This document shows, in pieces, positions 15,868-26,397 of a DNA stretch of 45,772 nt (positions are counted from its first letter, which is position 1; each line of letters opens with the position of its first letter). The DNA is taken from assembly GCA_039798785.1 (NCBI GenBank), contig JBDKFG010000038.1, forward strand, positions 1 through 45,772. The letters run 5' to 3'. Source of the stretch: Verrucomicrobiota bacterium. GTDB lineage: Bacteria; Verrucomicrobiota; Lentisphaeria; Lentisphaerales; Lentisphaeraceae. The notes beneath the pieces were generated by a model. The model had not been told where the DNA came from. It saw nothing but the letters and a program-made list of their open reading frames with translations, and did not search any database. A program made the position numbers and the translations under genes.

Positions 15868-16635
15868 ATGACCCTCGAATCCTACCTGCGCGATCAACGC
15901 AAATCGAAAGACCTCCTCCTGATGACCCACTGCGTCTGCGGCTTCCCCTCCTTCGAGGACAACTGGAAGGAGCTTGAAATCATGGCCGCCGCCGGGGTCA
16001 GCGTCGTCGAACTGCAGTTCCCCTTCTCCGAACCCAGCGCCGACGGCCCGACCTTCGTCCGCGCCAACCAGCTCGCGCTCGAGAAGGGCGTCACCGTCGA
16101 GCAATGCTTCCAGTTCCTCGAGAAGGTCGCCAAGCACTTCCCCTTCAAGGTGCTGATGATGGGCTACGTCAACACCGCCTTCAAGATGGGCTTTGAGAAG
16201 TTCTGCGCCCGCCTCGAACAATGCGGCGCGGTCGGCTTCATTCTCCCCGATTTTCCCCTCGAGGAATCGACCGAGCTCTTCGCCGCCGCCGCCAAGCATC
16301 ATCTCGCCCCGGTCATCCTGATGACCCCGACCACCCCCGACGATCGCCTCAAAAAGCTCGGCGCCGCCGCCCAGGGCTTCGTCTACGCCGTCGCCCGCAA
16401 AGGCGTCACCGGGGTCAAGACCGACATGGACGACGAGACCTCTCGTTTCCTCGCCCGCTGCCGTGCCGCCACCAGCGTCCCCCTCGCCGTCGGCTTCGGC
16501 GTCCAGACCAAGGCCGACCTCGACTTCCTCCGCGGCAAATGCGACATCGCCATCATCGGCACCGCCGTGCTCCGCATCTGGGAGAAGGATGGCGAAGCGG
16601 GTCTGAAGAAGTTCTTCAAGGAACTCGTGGGGTGA
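15868..16635 (+). CDS. trpA: Tryptophan synthase alpha chain
   Basis: VELQFPFSEPSADGP (catalytic E and D), MGYVN, GFILPDFPLEE, GFVYAV..KGVTG, PLAVGFGV, IIGTA. Confidence 0.95.
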   Translation: MTLESYLRDQRKSKDLLLMTHCVCGFPSFEDNWKELEIMAAAGVSVVELQFPFSEPSADGPTFVRANQLALEKGVTVEQCFQFLEKVAKHFPFKVLMMGYVNTAFKMGFEKFCARLEQCGAVGFILPDFPLEESTELFAAAAKHHLAPVILMTPTTPDDRLKKLGAAAQGFVYAVARKGVTGVKTDMDDETSRFLARCRAATSVPLAVGFGVQTKADLDFLRGKCDIAIIGTAVLRIWEKDGEAGLKKFFKELVG

Positions 16636-16720
16636 GTTAGTTATGTTCATCATCACTGGTCTTGGCGGCCCTCACCTTGCAGGAGAACTTCCTGCATATA
16701 GGCCAAACAGACTCGCAGTG

Positions 16721-17101
16721 ATGAGTGAGACCTGGATCGACATCAAGGCCTATGGTGAGAAATTCGTCTACAGAATTCAGCCGAAGTCAGTTTCTAGCTA
16801 TTCGCTTTTTCAAAGATTGCTCGCTCAACTCTGTTTCAACCCAGCGGAGGAGATCGATTACGAGTGGAGGCTTGATGGTGAGACCTCCCTTGAGGCCATC
16901 ATAGAGGACATCAAGCGTGACCTAGTAAACGATGATGACATTGCTCAACAGTGGCTTCCCGGCGACAAAATCATGAAATTGTTGACATCGGCGAAAGACT
17001 ATGAAGCGATGCTGGATGTTATACGCATCATTTGCGGCGAGTACGAAGAGGATTCAAGGCTTCGGACAATCGCAGAGACTGCTTTGGAAGAAAAGTTATG
17101 A
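16721..17101 (+). CDS. Acidic hypothetical protein
   Basis: ORF open from 16643 (probable start 16721, MSETWID); lower GC; stop overlaps the next ATG. Confidence 0.6.
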   Translation: MSETWIDIKAYGEKFVYRIQPKSVSSYSLFQRLLAQLCFNPAEEIDYEWRLDGETSLEAIIEDIKRDLVNDDDIAQQWLPGDKIMKLLTSAKDYEAMLDVIRIICGEYEEDSRLRTIAETALEEKL

Positions 17102-17499
17102 TTGAATCATTCAATGAATTCGGCGAAAGCCAATCCTACCAGCTCTTCCAGCAAGCCCGTTCCCGGATGGATTCTGGCGATTGGAATACTGCCATCGAGT
17201 TGTTTGCGGCCTCCGCGAAACTTGAGCCGCATTTCAAGTGCTTTGAGCTTTTGGGCGAATGCCATCTCAAGCGTGGTTCAGCTAGCGAGGCGATTCCTTA
17301 TCTCGCCGCCGCGGTGACGCTCAATCGCGGCGCCCGTGCGGCGGTGCTTCTCGCCGAGGCCTGGATGCTGCTGGAAAACTTCGGGCAGGCGCTGGCGTCG
17401 GCGGAGATCGCCCTTGGTCGCTCCGGACATCGTGCCCAAGCCGCGGCGCTGGCGGAAGAGGCGAGACGTCGCCTCGGCCCCTGTGAAGCTCGTCTGTGA
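17098..17499 (+). CDS. Small tetratricopeptide-repeat protein
   Basis: TPR-like helices AIELFAASAKLEP, LLGECHLKRG..EAIPYLAAA, LLAEAW..L....AL; ATGA overlap upstream, GTGA overlap downstream. Confidence 0.75.
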   Translation: MIESFNEFGESQSYQLFQQARSRMDSGDWNTAIELFAASAKLEPHFKCFELLGECHLKRGSASEAIPYLAAAVTLNRGARAAVLLAEAWMLLENFGQALASAEIALGRSGHRAQAAALAEEARRRLGPCEARL

Positions 17500-18311
17500 G
17501 CAACACTGAGCATCGGCTGATCATCCGCGAGTACGAGGCTTTCTCCCTCTGCCTTGCTCTCGGGGTGATCCATGCCGTCCGCAGCGGCAAGCTTCCGGCT
17601 GAAGCGGGCATCTGGACCTTGGGGCGTCCGGTGTTCAGCCGCGCCGTCGAGTCGATGGTTTTGCCGGAAGCAGTGAAGGATGTGTTTCGGTCTGCCGACG
17701 AGTGGGATCTCACGGAGAAATGCGCTGGACGCGAGAGTCTTGAGATGGACCTGGACGCAGCCATCCGGATTCTTGAAGATCGGCTCTCTCTCGTCACGGA
17801 TCCGAAGGCGCCCTGGTGGGCGAAATGGGAAGAGAATCGGGAGGCAGAACACAAACATGCTGCTGACATCTTCGCATCCGCCGCAAAATCCTACTGCGAC
17901 TGGGCTGAATCCACCGCCGTCGATGTCGAGGAAGATCAAAGGATGGCCGAACGCCTTCTGTGCGATCTGTATCGTCCCGCCTTGGATCTCCCCGAGGTTT
18001 CCGGCGATGATGAGGCGCCCGAAATCCCGGAGGCCGAGTGGCAGAAGGTCTACCAGCGCTTCCAGTTGTTGAAACCGCAGATTTATTGGAGCTTCTTCGA
18101 TCCCCGGTCGATGACACCCGAAAAGGAAATCGTCTGCGGCGATCTCGCCGACGACCTGGCCGACATCTGGCGCGAGCTCAAAAAAGGGCTGATGCTCTGG
18201 CAAAGCGGCTTTGCCGAGGCTGCGGTCTGGACTTGGCGGGAGAGTTTCCACAGTCATTGGCGTCGTCACCTCTCCGGAGCGCTGACAGCTCTTGCACCGG
18301 CTGATCCCTGA
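17496..18311 (+). CDS. Two-domain protein: DUF3969-like N-half plus DUF5063 C-half
   Basis: The C-half F...A..YC.W.E, LY..AL.LP, YW.FFDP, GDLADDLADIWRELK.GL, AVW.W..SF.SHW.RH...AL fits DUF5063; the N-half assignment is weaker. Confidence 0.65.
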   Translation: MSNTEHRLIIREYEAFSLCLALGVIHAVRSGKLPAEAGIWTLGRPVFSRAVESMVLPEAVKDVFRSADEWDLTEKCAGRESLEMDLDAAIRILEDRLSLVTDPKAPWWAKWEENREAEHKHAADIFASAAKSYCDWAESTAVDVEEDQRMAERLLCDLYRPALDLPEVSGDDEAPEIPEAEWQKVYQRFQLLKPQIYWSFFDPRSMTPEKEIVCGDLADDLADIWRELKKGLMLWQSGFAEAAVWTWRESFHSHWRRHLSGALTALAPADP

Positions 18312-18534
18312 GATGTTCGGTCCATTGCTTATGATTGATAGGGAACAATTTGAATGCATCGCTAGACACTGGGATCGGCGCTCGAAAGTGGGCGGAGTCG
18401 GGCTTAGCTCCGATTAAATCCCGATTTTATGAGTCTCAAACCCTGGCGGTCTATGACACTAGTTTGTCACTTGTAAGTGCAATGGTCTCATTATCAATCA
18501 ATTACGATTCATGAAAAAAACTTCACTTAGGGTC

Positions 18535-18562
18535 TTGATTAAGGGCATCGACTGCGTAGAGT
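18535..18562 (+). promoter_or_regulatory. Candidate sigma70 promoter of the atp operon
   Basis: TTGATT-16 nt-TAGAGT in an AT-rich intergenic region just upstream of ATG 18575. Confidence 0.4.
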
Positions 18563-18574
18563 CTGCGCCGTCTC

Positions 18575-18772
18575 ATGCAAACCGATCCCGGACAGCCCAA
18601 CGCTTCAGGATTGGCCCTTCTTGCTGAGTCATCCGGGTCCATCATAGGTGGGGCATTTCTCGGTTGGCTGGGCGATCAAGCGGCCGGTACTGGAAACAGA
18701 TGTCTAGTCCTCGGGCTTGTCTGCGGCATGACCTATAGCATTTACCGACTGTTCAAGGCTTCGCAACGATGA
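18575..18772 (+). CDS. AtpZ/AtpI-family (ATPase gene 1) small membrane protein
   Basis: G.IIGGAFLGWLGD...GT....LVLGLV.G...SIY pattern; first gene of the atp operon. Confidence 0.8.
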   Translation: MQTDPGQPNASGLALLAESSGSIIGGAFLGWLGDQAAGTGNRCLVLGLVCGMTYSIYRLFKASQR

Positions 18773-19140
18773 CTCTGGTCGCTCACATCAGCACTGCCGC
18801 CGCCGCCGCTTCCGCGTTGGCCTTGGTGGTCTCGTCGTGGGTTCCTTTTGTTCTCGGTTTCAACGGCGTCGTCCTTCTGGTCGCGGTCCTGCTGGCCGCC
18901 TTTTTCGCCGCCGCTGGCGTCGCCATTCTCCATCTGTCGCAGTTCCGGGTCTTCCCCCTGCCGGCGTTGGTCCTGCTCCGCGTCTTCCGCAACTTCGCCG
19001 TTTTCGCCGTCGGCCTGATCGCGATCAAGGTCCTCGCCTTGCCGCTGGAAATCGCCGTCGCCACCGGCACCTGCGCCCTCCTCGCGGCGCTCGCTATCGA
19101 ACTTCTTTACACAAAAACCAAACTGGAATCCATGTCATGA
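18769..19140 (+). CDS. Four-helix membrane protein, ATP synthase protein I-like
   Basis: 123 aa with four hydrophobic segments; ATGA-coupled on both sides, immediately before atpB. Confidence 0.65.
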   Translation: MTLVAHISTAAAAASALALVVSSWVPFVLGFNGVVLLVAVLLAAFFAAAGVAILHLSQFRVFPLPALVLLRVFRNFAVFAVGLIAIKVLALPLEIAVATGTCALLAALAIELLYTKTKLESMS

Positions 19141-19919
19141 GCGCAGAAGCAGCAAGCACCTCCGCATCTCGCGGAATCGAATCGGCGAACTACATCAACC
19201 ACCACGTCATGGAAGTCGGCCACAGCTTCTTCGGCATTCCCCTGCCGCACGGCATCTATGCCCAGCATGTCGCCATCGTCGTCAGCGCCCTGCTGGTGAT
19301 CACCGCCTTCTGCCTGCTTTACAAGAAAAAAGCTCGCGTCCCGCACGGCTTCACCCACATGCTGGAAGTGCTGGTCGTCTTCATCCGCGATGAAGTGGTC
19401 TGCGCCAACATGGGCAAGGAAGAAGGCCGCAAGTGGACCCCCTACTTCCTCACCCTCTTCTTCTTCATCCTGGTGATGAACCTGATCGGCCTGATCCCGA
19501 ACGGCTGCGCCGCCACCGGCCACATCGCCGTCACCTCCGCCCTCGCCCTCTGCACCTTCTTCTTCATGACCTTCTTCGCCATCGCCAAGAACGGCATTAA
19601 GCAATTCTTCCACGCCTTCCTCCCCTCCGGCGTCCCCGGCTTCATCCTCCCCGGCATCTTCGTCATTGAATTCATGGGCGTCTTCGTCAAGTCCTTCGCG
19701 CTGGCGGTCCGTCTCTTCGCCAACATGATGGGCGGCCACATCGCCCTCTTCGTCTTCATCTCCCTGGTCCACACCTTCGGCCTGATGGTCGCCCCCCTCA
19801 GCGGCCCCCTGTCGATCGCCCTCTACGGTCTCGAGACCGGTGTGGCCTTCCTCCAGGCCTACGTCTTCACCCTCCTGTCGGTGATCTTCATCCAGCAGGT
19901 CCTCCATCCTGAACACTGA
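19137..19919 (+). CDS. atpB: F0 subunit a
   Basis: LFFFILVMNLIGLIP, IEF.G...K.FALAVRLFANMMGGH (essential Arg), LE..VAFLQAYVFTLL. Confidence 0.97.
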   Translation: MSAEAASTSASRGIESANYINHHVMEVGHSFFGIPLPHGIYAQHVAIVVSALLVITAFCLLYKKKARVPHGFTHMLEVLVVFIRDEVVCANMGKEEGRKWTPYFLTLFFFILVMNLIGLIPNGCAATGHIAVTSALALCTFFFMTFFAIAKNGIKQFFHAFLPSGVPGFILPGIFVIEFMGVFVKSFALAVRLFANMMGGHIALFVFISLVHTFGLMVAPLSGPLSIALYGLETGVAFLQAYVFTLLSVIFIQQVLHPEH

Positions 19920-19976
19920 TTTTGAGCTTGATTTGACCCTAGAGATCGTAAAACAAACCCCAAAAGGAAGACACAC

Positions 19977-20210
19977 ATGAGCAACATCGCCCTCCTCGCT
20001 GAAATCGCCCCCGCCTCCATGAAAGCCATCGGCTACGGCCTCGCCGCCGTCGGCGCCGGCGTCGGCATCGGTCTCACTGTCAACGGCACCGTCCAGGCCA
20101 TCGCCCGCCAGCCCGAACTCGCCGGCAAGCTCACCGGCCTGATGTGGATCGGCGCCGCCCTCGCCGAAGGTTTCGCCTTCATCGCTCTCGCCGTCACCTT
20201 CATCCTCTGA
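19977..20210 (+). CDS. atpE: F0 subunit c
   Basis: GAGVGIG, ARQPE loop, ion-binding Glu in AALAEG. Confidence 0.97.
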   Translation: MSNIALLAEIAPASMKAIGYGLAAVGAGVGIGLTVNGTVQAIARQPELAGKLTGLMWIGAALAEGFAFIALAVTFIL

Positions 20211-20243
20211 TCCATCCTTCCGCAACCAAGCGGGGAGAAAATC

Positions 20244-20861
20244 ATGCAAATCCAATTCGCACAAAACACCGATGAGGCGAAAGCCCAGGTCGATGCTTTG
20301 GCCACCGGCGCAAAAGACGCCGTCACCAAAGCCGGTCAGGGCGTCGAAGCCAAGAGCCCCCTCGGTGGCGAGCACGAAGTGACCAATCCGATCGGCCATG
20401 CCGGTCAGACCATCTTCGCCGCCACCCTGGTCTGCTTCGCCATCCTGCTCATCATCCTGAAGAAATTCGCCTGGGGACCCATCCTCGCCGGCCTCGACGC
20501 CCGCGAAGAGAAGATCCGCAAGTCGCTGGATGACGCCGAAGCTGCCGCCAAGGCTCTCGAGGACGCCGCCGCCAAGGCCCAGGCGACCATCGCCGAAGCC
20601 GTGACCAAGGCTCGCGAGATCGAAGCCGCCGCCCGCAGCGCTGCCCAGCGCGACGGCGACGCCATCCTCGCCCGCTCCAAGGCCGAAGCCGCGCAGCAGC
20701 TCGCCGCCGCCGAAAGCGCCATCGCCAACGCCCGCGCCGAAGCCGTCCGCAGCCTCCGCGCCGAGTCCGCCGAACTGGCGATCCAACTCGCCGGCAAGAT
20801 CATCCGCATCGACGAGAGCAAGGCTCGCGCCTTCACCTCGGAACAACTGCAGAAAGTCTGA
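20244..20861 (+). CDS. atpF: F0 subunit b with an N-terminal extension
   Basis: [14 protein letters not shown]...LD.RE..I, followed by an Ala-rich coiled coil. Confidence 0.93.
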   Translation: MQIQFAQNTDEAKAQVDALATGAKDAVTKAGQGVEAKSPLGGEHEVTNPIGHAGQTIFAATLVCFAILLIILKKFAWGPILAGLDAREEKIRKSLDDAEAAAKALEDAAAKAQATIAEAVTKAREIEAAARSAAQRDGDAILARSKAEAAQQLAAAESAIANARAEAVRSLRAESAELAIQLAGKIIRIDESKARAFTSEQLQKV

Positions 20862-20864
20862 TCC

Positions 20865-21401
20865 ATGCAAAACCTCAAAGCGGCCAGACGCTACGCCGGC
20901 ACCTTCTTCCAGATCGCTCTGGAAAAGGGCCAGCAGGACTCCGTGCGCGCCGGATTCAAATCCGTCGCGGCGGCCTGCGCCGGTTCCCCTGAGCTCCGCG
21001 AAGCCCTCCGCTCGCCGGTGATCGCCTCCGATCGCCGCGCCGCGATGCTTCGCGCCGCCTTCGCCGGTCTCGACAAGCTGAGCCTCGACTTCGTCCTCTT
21101 CCTCGCCGCCAAGGGCCGCGCCGATTCGCTCGCCGCCCTCTGCGAAGAATACGAAAGCCTCTGGTGCGAACGCGCCGGAGTCGCCAAGGTCACCGTCACC
21201 AGCGCCGACTCGCTCGCTCCGAGCGAGATCGCCACCCTCCAAGAACGCCTCGCAGCCCGCCTCGGCAAGAAGGTCGAACTGAGCACGATCGTCGACAGCT
21301 CCCTGATCGCCGGCTTCCGCGCCCGCGCCGGCGACCTCGTCTTCGACTGCTCCGCCCGCACCCAGCTCGAGCAGCTCCGCCTGCGCCTCACCCACGCCTG
21401 A
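20865..21401 (+). CDS. atpH: F1 subunit delta
   Basis: [22 protein letters not shown]...GD.VFDCS. Confidence 0.93.
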   Translation: MQNLKAARRYAGTFFQIALEKGQQDSVRAGFKSVAAACAGSPELREALRSPVIASDRRAAMLRAAFAGLDKLSLDFVLFLAAKGRADSLAALCEEYESLWCERAGVAKVTVTSADSLAPSEIATLQERLAARLGKKVELSTIVDSSLIAGFRARAGDLVFDCSARTQLEQLRLRLTHA

Positions 21402-21423
21402 AACCCTCTCCCAGGACCCCCAC

Positions 21424-22980
<1,557 letters not shown>

Positions 22981-22995
22981 TTCTGGGAGGGCATC

Positions 22996-23859
22996 ATGCC
23001 CAGCCTCAAGGAATACAACAACAAAATCGGCAGCATGAAGAATACTGCGAAGGTGACCAAGACCATGAAAATGGTCGCCACCTCGAAGTTTCGCCGTGCC
23101 CAGGACGCGCAGAAGAGCTCGAAGCTCTATGCGCAGTCCCTGGACGCCCTCGTCGGCCGCGTCGCTGCGGCCGCCGGTACCGGCGCCAGCCACCCGCTGC
23201 TCAAAGCCCGCCCGGTCAAGAAAGTCCTCGTCCTCGTCGTCGCGGCGGACAAGGGCCTCTGCGGCGGCTTCAACAACAACCTCCTCAAGTTCGTGCGCAA
23301 CTGGTCCCGCCAGAAGACCGCCTCCGGAGCCCAGGTCAGCTATGCCGCCATCGGCAAGCGCGCCGTCTCCGGCTGCCGCCGCCTCGGCACCCTCGCCCAC
23401 AGCTTCGAAGAGCTTTCCGCCATCAGCTACGGCAATGCCCAGAAGGTCGCCGAGACCCTCGCCAAGGACTTCCTCAGCGGAGCCTATGACGAAGTGTACC
23501 TCGCCAACAACCTCTTCAAGTCGGCCTTGTCGCAAGTCCCCAGCATCGCCCAGTTCCTGCCCATCGCCCCCACCGCCGGCACCGCCGCCGCGGGCGCCAC
23601 CCAGGATTACGAGTACGAGCCGGAAGCCGGACTCCTCATCGGTCAGCTGATGCCCCGCGTCCTCGCCTTCAGCGTCTTCAGCGCCATGCTCGAAAACGCC
23701 GCCGGTGAACACGCCGCCCGGATGACCGCGATGGATAACGCCACGACCAACGCGAACAACCTCATCAAGCACTACACCAAGCTGCGCAACCGCGCCCGCC
23801 AGGCCAAGATCACCACGGAACTGTCCGAGATCGTCGCCGGCGCCGAAAGCCTCAAATAA
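22996..23859 (+). CDS. atpG: F1 subunit gamma
   Basis: KVTKTMKMVA, DKGLCGGFN, EHAARMTAMDNAT.NA, NRARQAKITTEL.EIVAGA. Confidence 0.98.
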   Translation: MPSLKEYNNKIGSMKNTAKVTKTMKMVATSKFRRAQDAQKSSKLYAQSLDALVGRVAAAAGTGASHPLLKARPVKKVLVLVVAADKGLCGGFNNNLLKFVRNWSRQKTASGAQVSYAAIGKRAVSGCRRLGTLAHSFEELSAISYGNAQKVAETLAKDFLSGAYDEVYLANNLFKSALSQVPSIAQFLPIAPTAGTAAAGATQDYEYEPEAGLLIGQLMPRVLAFSVFSAMLENAAGEHAARMTAMDNATTNANNLIKHYTKLRNRARQAKITTELSEIVAGAESLK

Positions 23860-23876
23860 GCAACCAGGGATAGTGA

Positions 23877-25321
<1,445 letters not shown>

Positions 25322-25322
<1 letters not shown>

Positions 25323-25576
25323 TGGCCTTCAAACTGCGCATCATCACCCCTGAACGCCTCGTCTTCGAAGGGGAGGCTGAGTACCTCAGCGTCCCCGGTG
25401 TCGAAGGTGAATTCGGCGTGCTGTCGCAGCACGCGGCGACACTCGCCGGTCTCAAGACCGACGGTGTCCTCACCTACCGCGTCAAGGGTCAAGACCACAA
25501 AGTCACCATCACCGGCGGCTTCGTCGAAATCCAGAAGAACACGGTCTCCGTGCTGGCCGACGCCGTCACCGCCTGA
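25322..25576 (+). CDS. atpC: F1 subunit epsilon, short form (beta-sandwich only)
   Basis: LRIITPER.VF.GE, VPG.EGEFGVL..HA, GGFVEI..N.VSVLAD; ends at 84 aa. Confidence 0.93.
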
Positions 25577-25683
25577 TTCCAAGACTCGTCTTGTCAAACG
25601 CCGCCCGGCTCCCGGGCGGCGTTTGGTTTGGGGTGACTCAAAAAGGAGGACAGGCGTCTAGCATGGGTCGCATGGGTCGCATG
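25562..25683. repeat. Left copy of a ~120-bp direct repeat (atpC 3' end, terminator and downstream sequence)
   Basis: gccgtcaccgcctgattccaagactcgtcttgtcaaacgccgcccgg...aaaaaggaggacaggcgtc..gcatgggtcgcatggg recurs nearly identically from 26171. Confidence 0.92.
25595..25629 (+). terminator. atp operon terminator hairpin
   Basis: 14-bp perfect stem caaacgccgcccgg-ctc-ccgggcggcgtttg followed by gttt. Confidence 0.8.
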
Positions 25684-25744
25684 GGTCGCATGGGTCGCAT
25701 GGGTCGCATGGGTCGCATGGGTCGCATGGGTCGCATGGGTCGCA
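25661..25744. repeat. 9-bp tandem repeat (gcatgggtc) x9
   Basis: Nine perfect units 25661-25741 plus a partial gca. Confidence 0.97.
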
Positions 25745-25829
25745 GCAACAAATCGGCAGAAAAACTTGCTGTGCCTCCCGAGTGGGATACTTTCCCTCGT
25801 CACCATCGGGCATTCAAGGAACTCAAGCG

Positions 25830-26156
25830 ATGAAAAACCAGCAAATGCAAGAAGAGCTTTTGAAAGTCGGCAGGAAGCTCTCTCACCCGGGACTGATCCT
25901 CAAAAATCAGTACCTCGTGAAGATGGATCTCTCCGCCTATCGTCTGGCTCAGGACACCGGATTGAGCCAGGTGACGGTCTCTGACCTCATTCATGGCAAA
26001 CGGGCGATCACGATGGAAACCGCCATCCGCCTGGGCCGGTATTTCGAGACCAGTCCCCAATACTGGATGAACATGCAGAACCACTTCGAGGCCAAGTATT
26101 ATGAATACTGCCTGGGAGATAAGTTCGCCGGCATCCAGCCCTGCTTGGCCCATTGA
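25830..26156 (+). CDS. higA: HigA-family (Xre HTH) antitoxin, orphan
   Basis: HPGLILK.QYL....LSAYRLA...G.....VS.LI.GKRAIT.ETAIRLGRYF.TSPQYWMNMQ..F; no toxin ORF adjacent. Confidence 0.9.
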   Translation: MKNQQMQEELLKVGRKLSHPGLILKNQYLVKMDLSAYRLAQDTGLSQVTVSDLIHGKRAITMETAIRLGRYFETSPQYWMNMQNHFEAKYYEYCLGDKFAGIQPCLAH

Positions 26157-26170
26157 GGCTGAAGCCACAA

Positions 26171-26294
26171 GCCGTCATCGCCTGATCCCAAGACTCGTCT
26201 TGTCAAACGCCGCCCGGATCCCGGGCGGCGTTTGGTTTGGGGCTCAAAAAGGAGGACAGGCGTCCCGCATGGGTCGCATGGGGCGCATGCGACC
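26171..26294. repeat. Right copy of the ~120-bp direct repeat, including a second terminator hairpin (26204-26234)
   Basis: gccgtcatcgcctgatcccaagactcgtcttgtcaaacgccgcccggatcccgggcggcgtttggtttgggg...; offset 609 nt from the left copy. Confidence 0.92.
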
Positions 26295-26304
26295 ATTCAC
26301 TGCC

Positions 26305-26397
26305 TCACTCCTTCTTCGCCTTGTTCAGGCTGATGACGATCACCACGACGCAGGCGATGATCGCGAAGATGACCAGGGGGATGAAGTAGCGGCCCAT
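26305..26397 (-). CDS. 30-aa single-pass membrane peptide (MGRYFIPLVIFAIIACVVVIVISLNKAKKE)
   Basis: ATG overlaps the SPFH stop (TGATG); codons are almost all C/G-ending like host genes; hydrophobic core plus basic tail; absent from the supplied ORF track. Confidence 0.75.
   Translation of the reverse strand: MGRYFIPLVIFAIIACVVVIVISLNKAKKE

Noticed and set aside
16636..18330. Integron cassette array
   Set aside because: The genes overlap each other, leaving no room for attC sites, and there is no integrase in the window
19977..20210. Na+-translocating or N-type ATPase
   Set aside because: Subunit c has E followed by G and lacks the Q...ES/T Na+ signature; gene order is the standard B-E-F-H-A-G-D-C, not the N-ATPase order
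25745..25829. higB toxin upstream of higA
   Set aside because: Only ~85 nt lie between the tandem repeat and higA, and no RelE/HigB-like frame is visible
25591..25833. ORF with (MGR)x9 and its antisense (THA)n ORF
   Set aside because: Simply the translation of the 9-bp tandem repeat and terminator; no independent coding evidence
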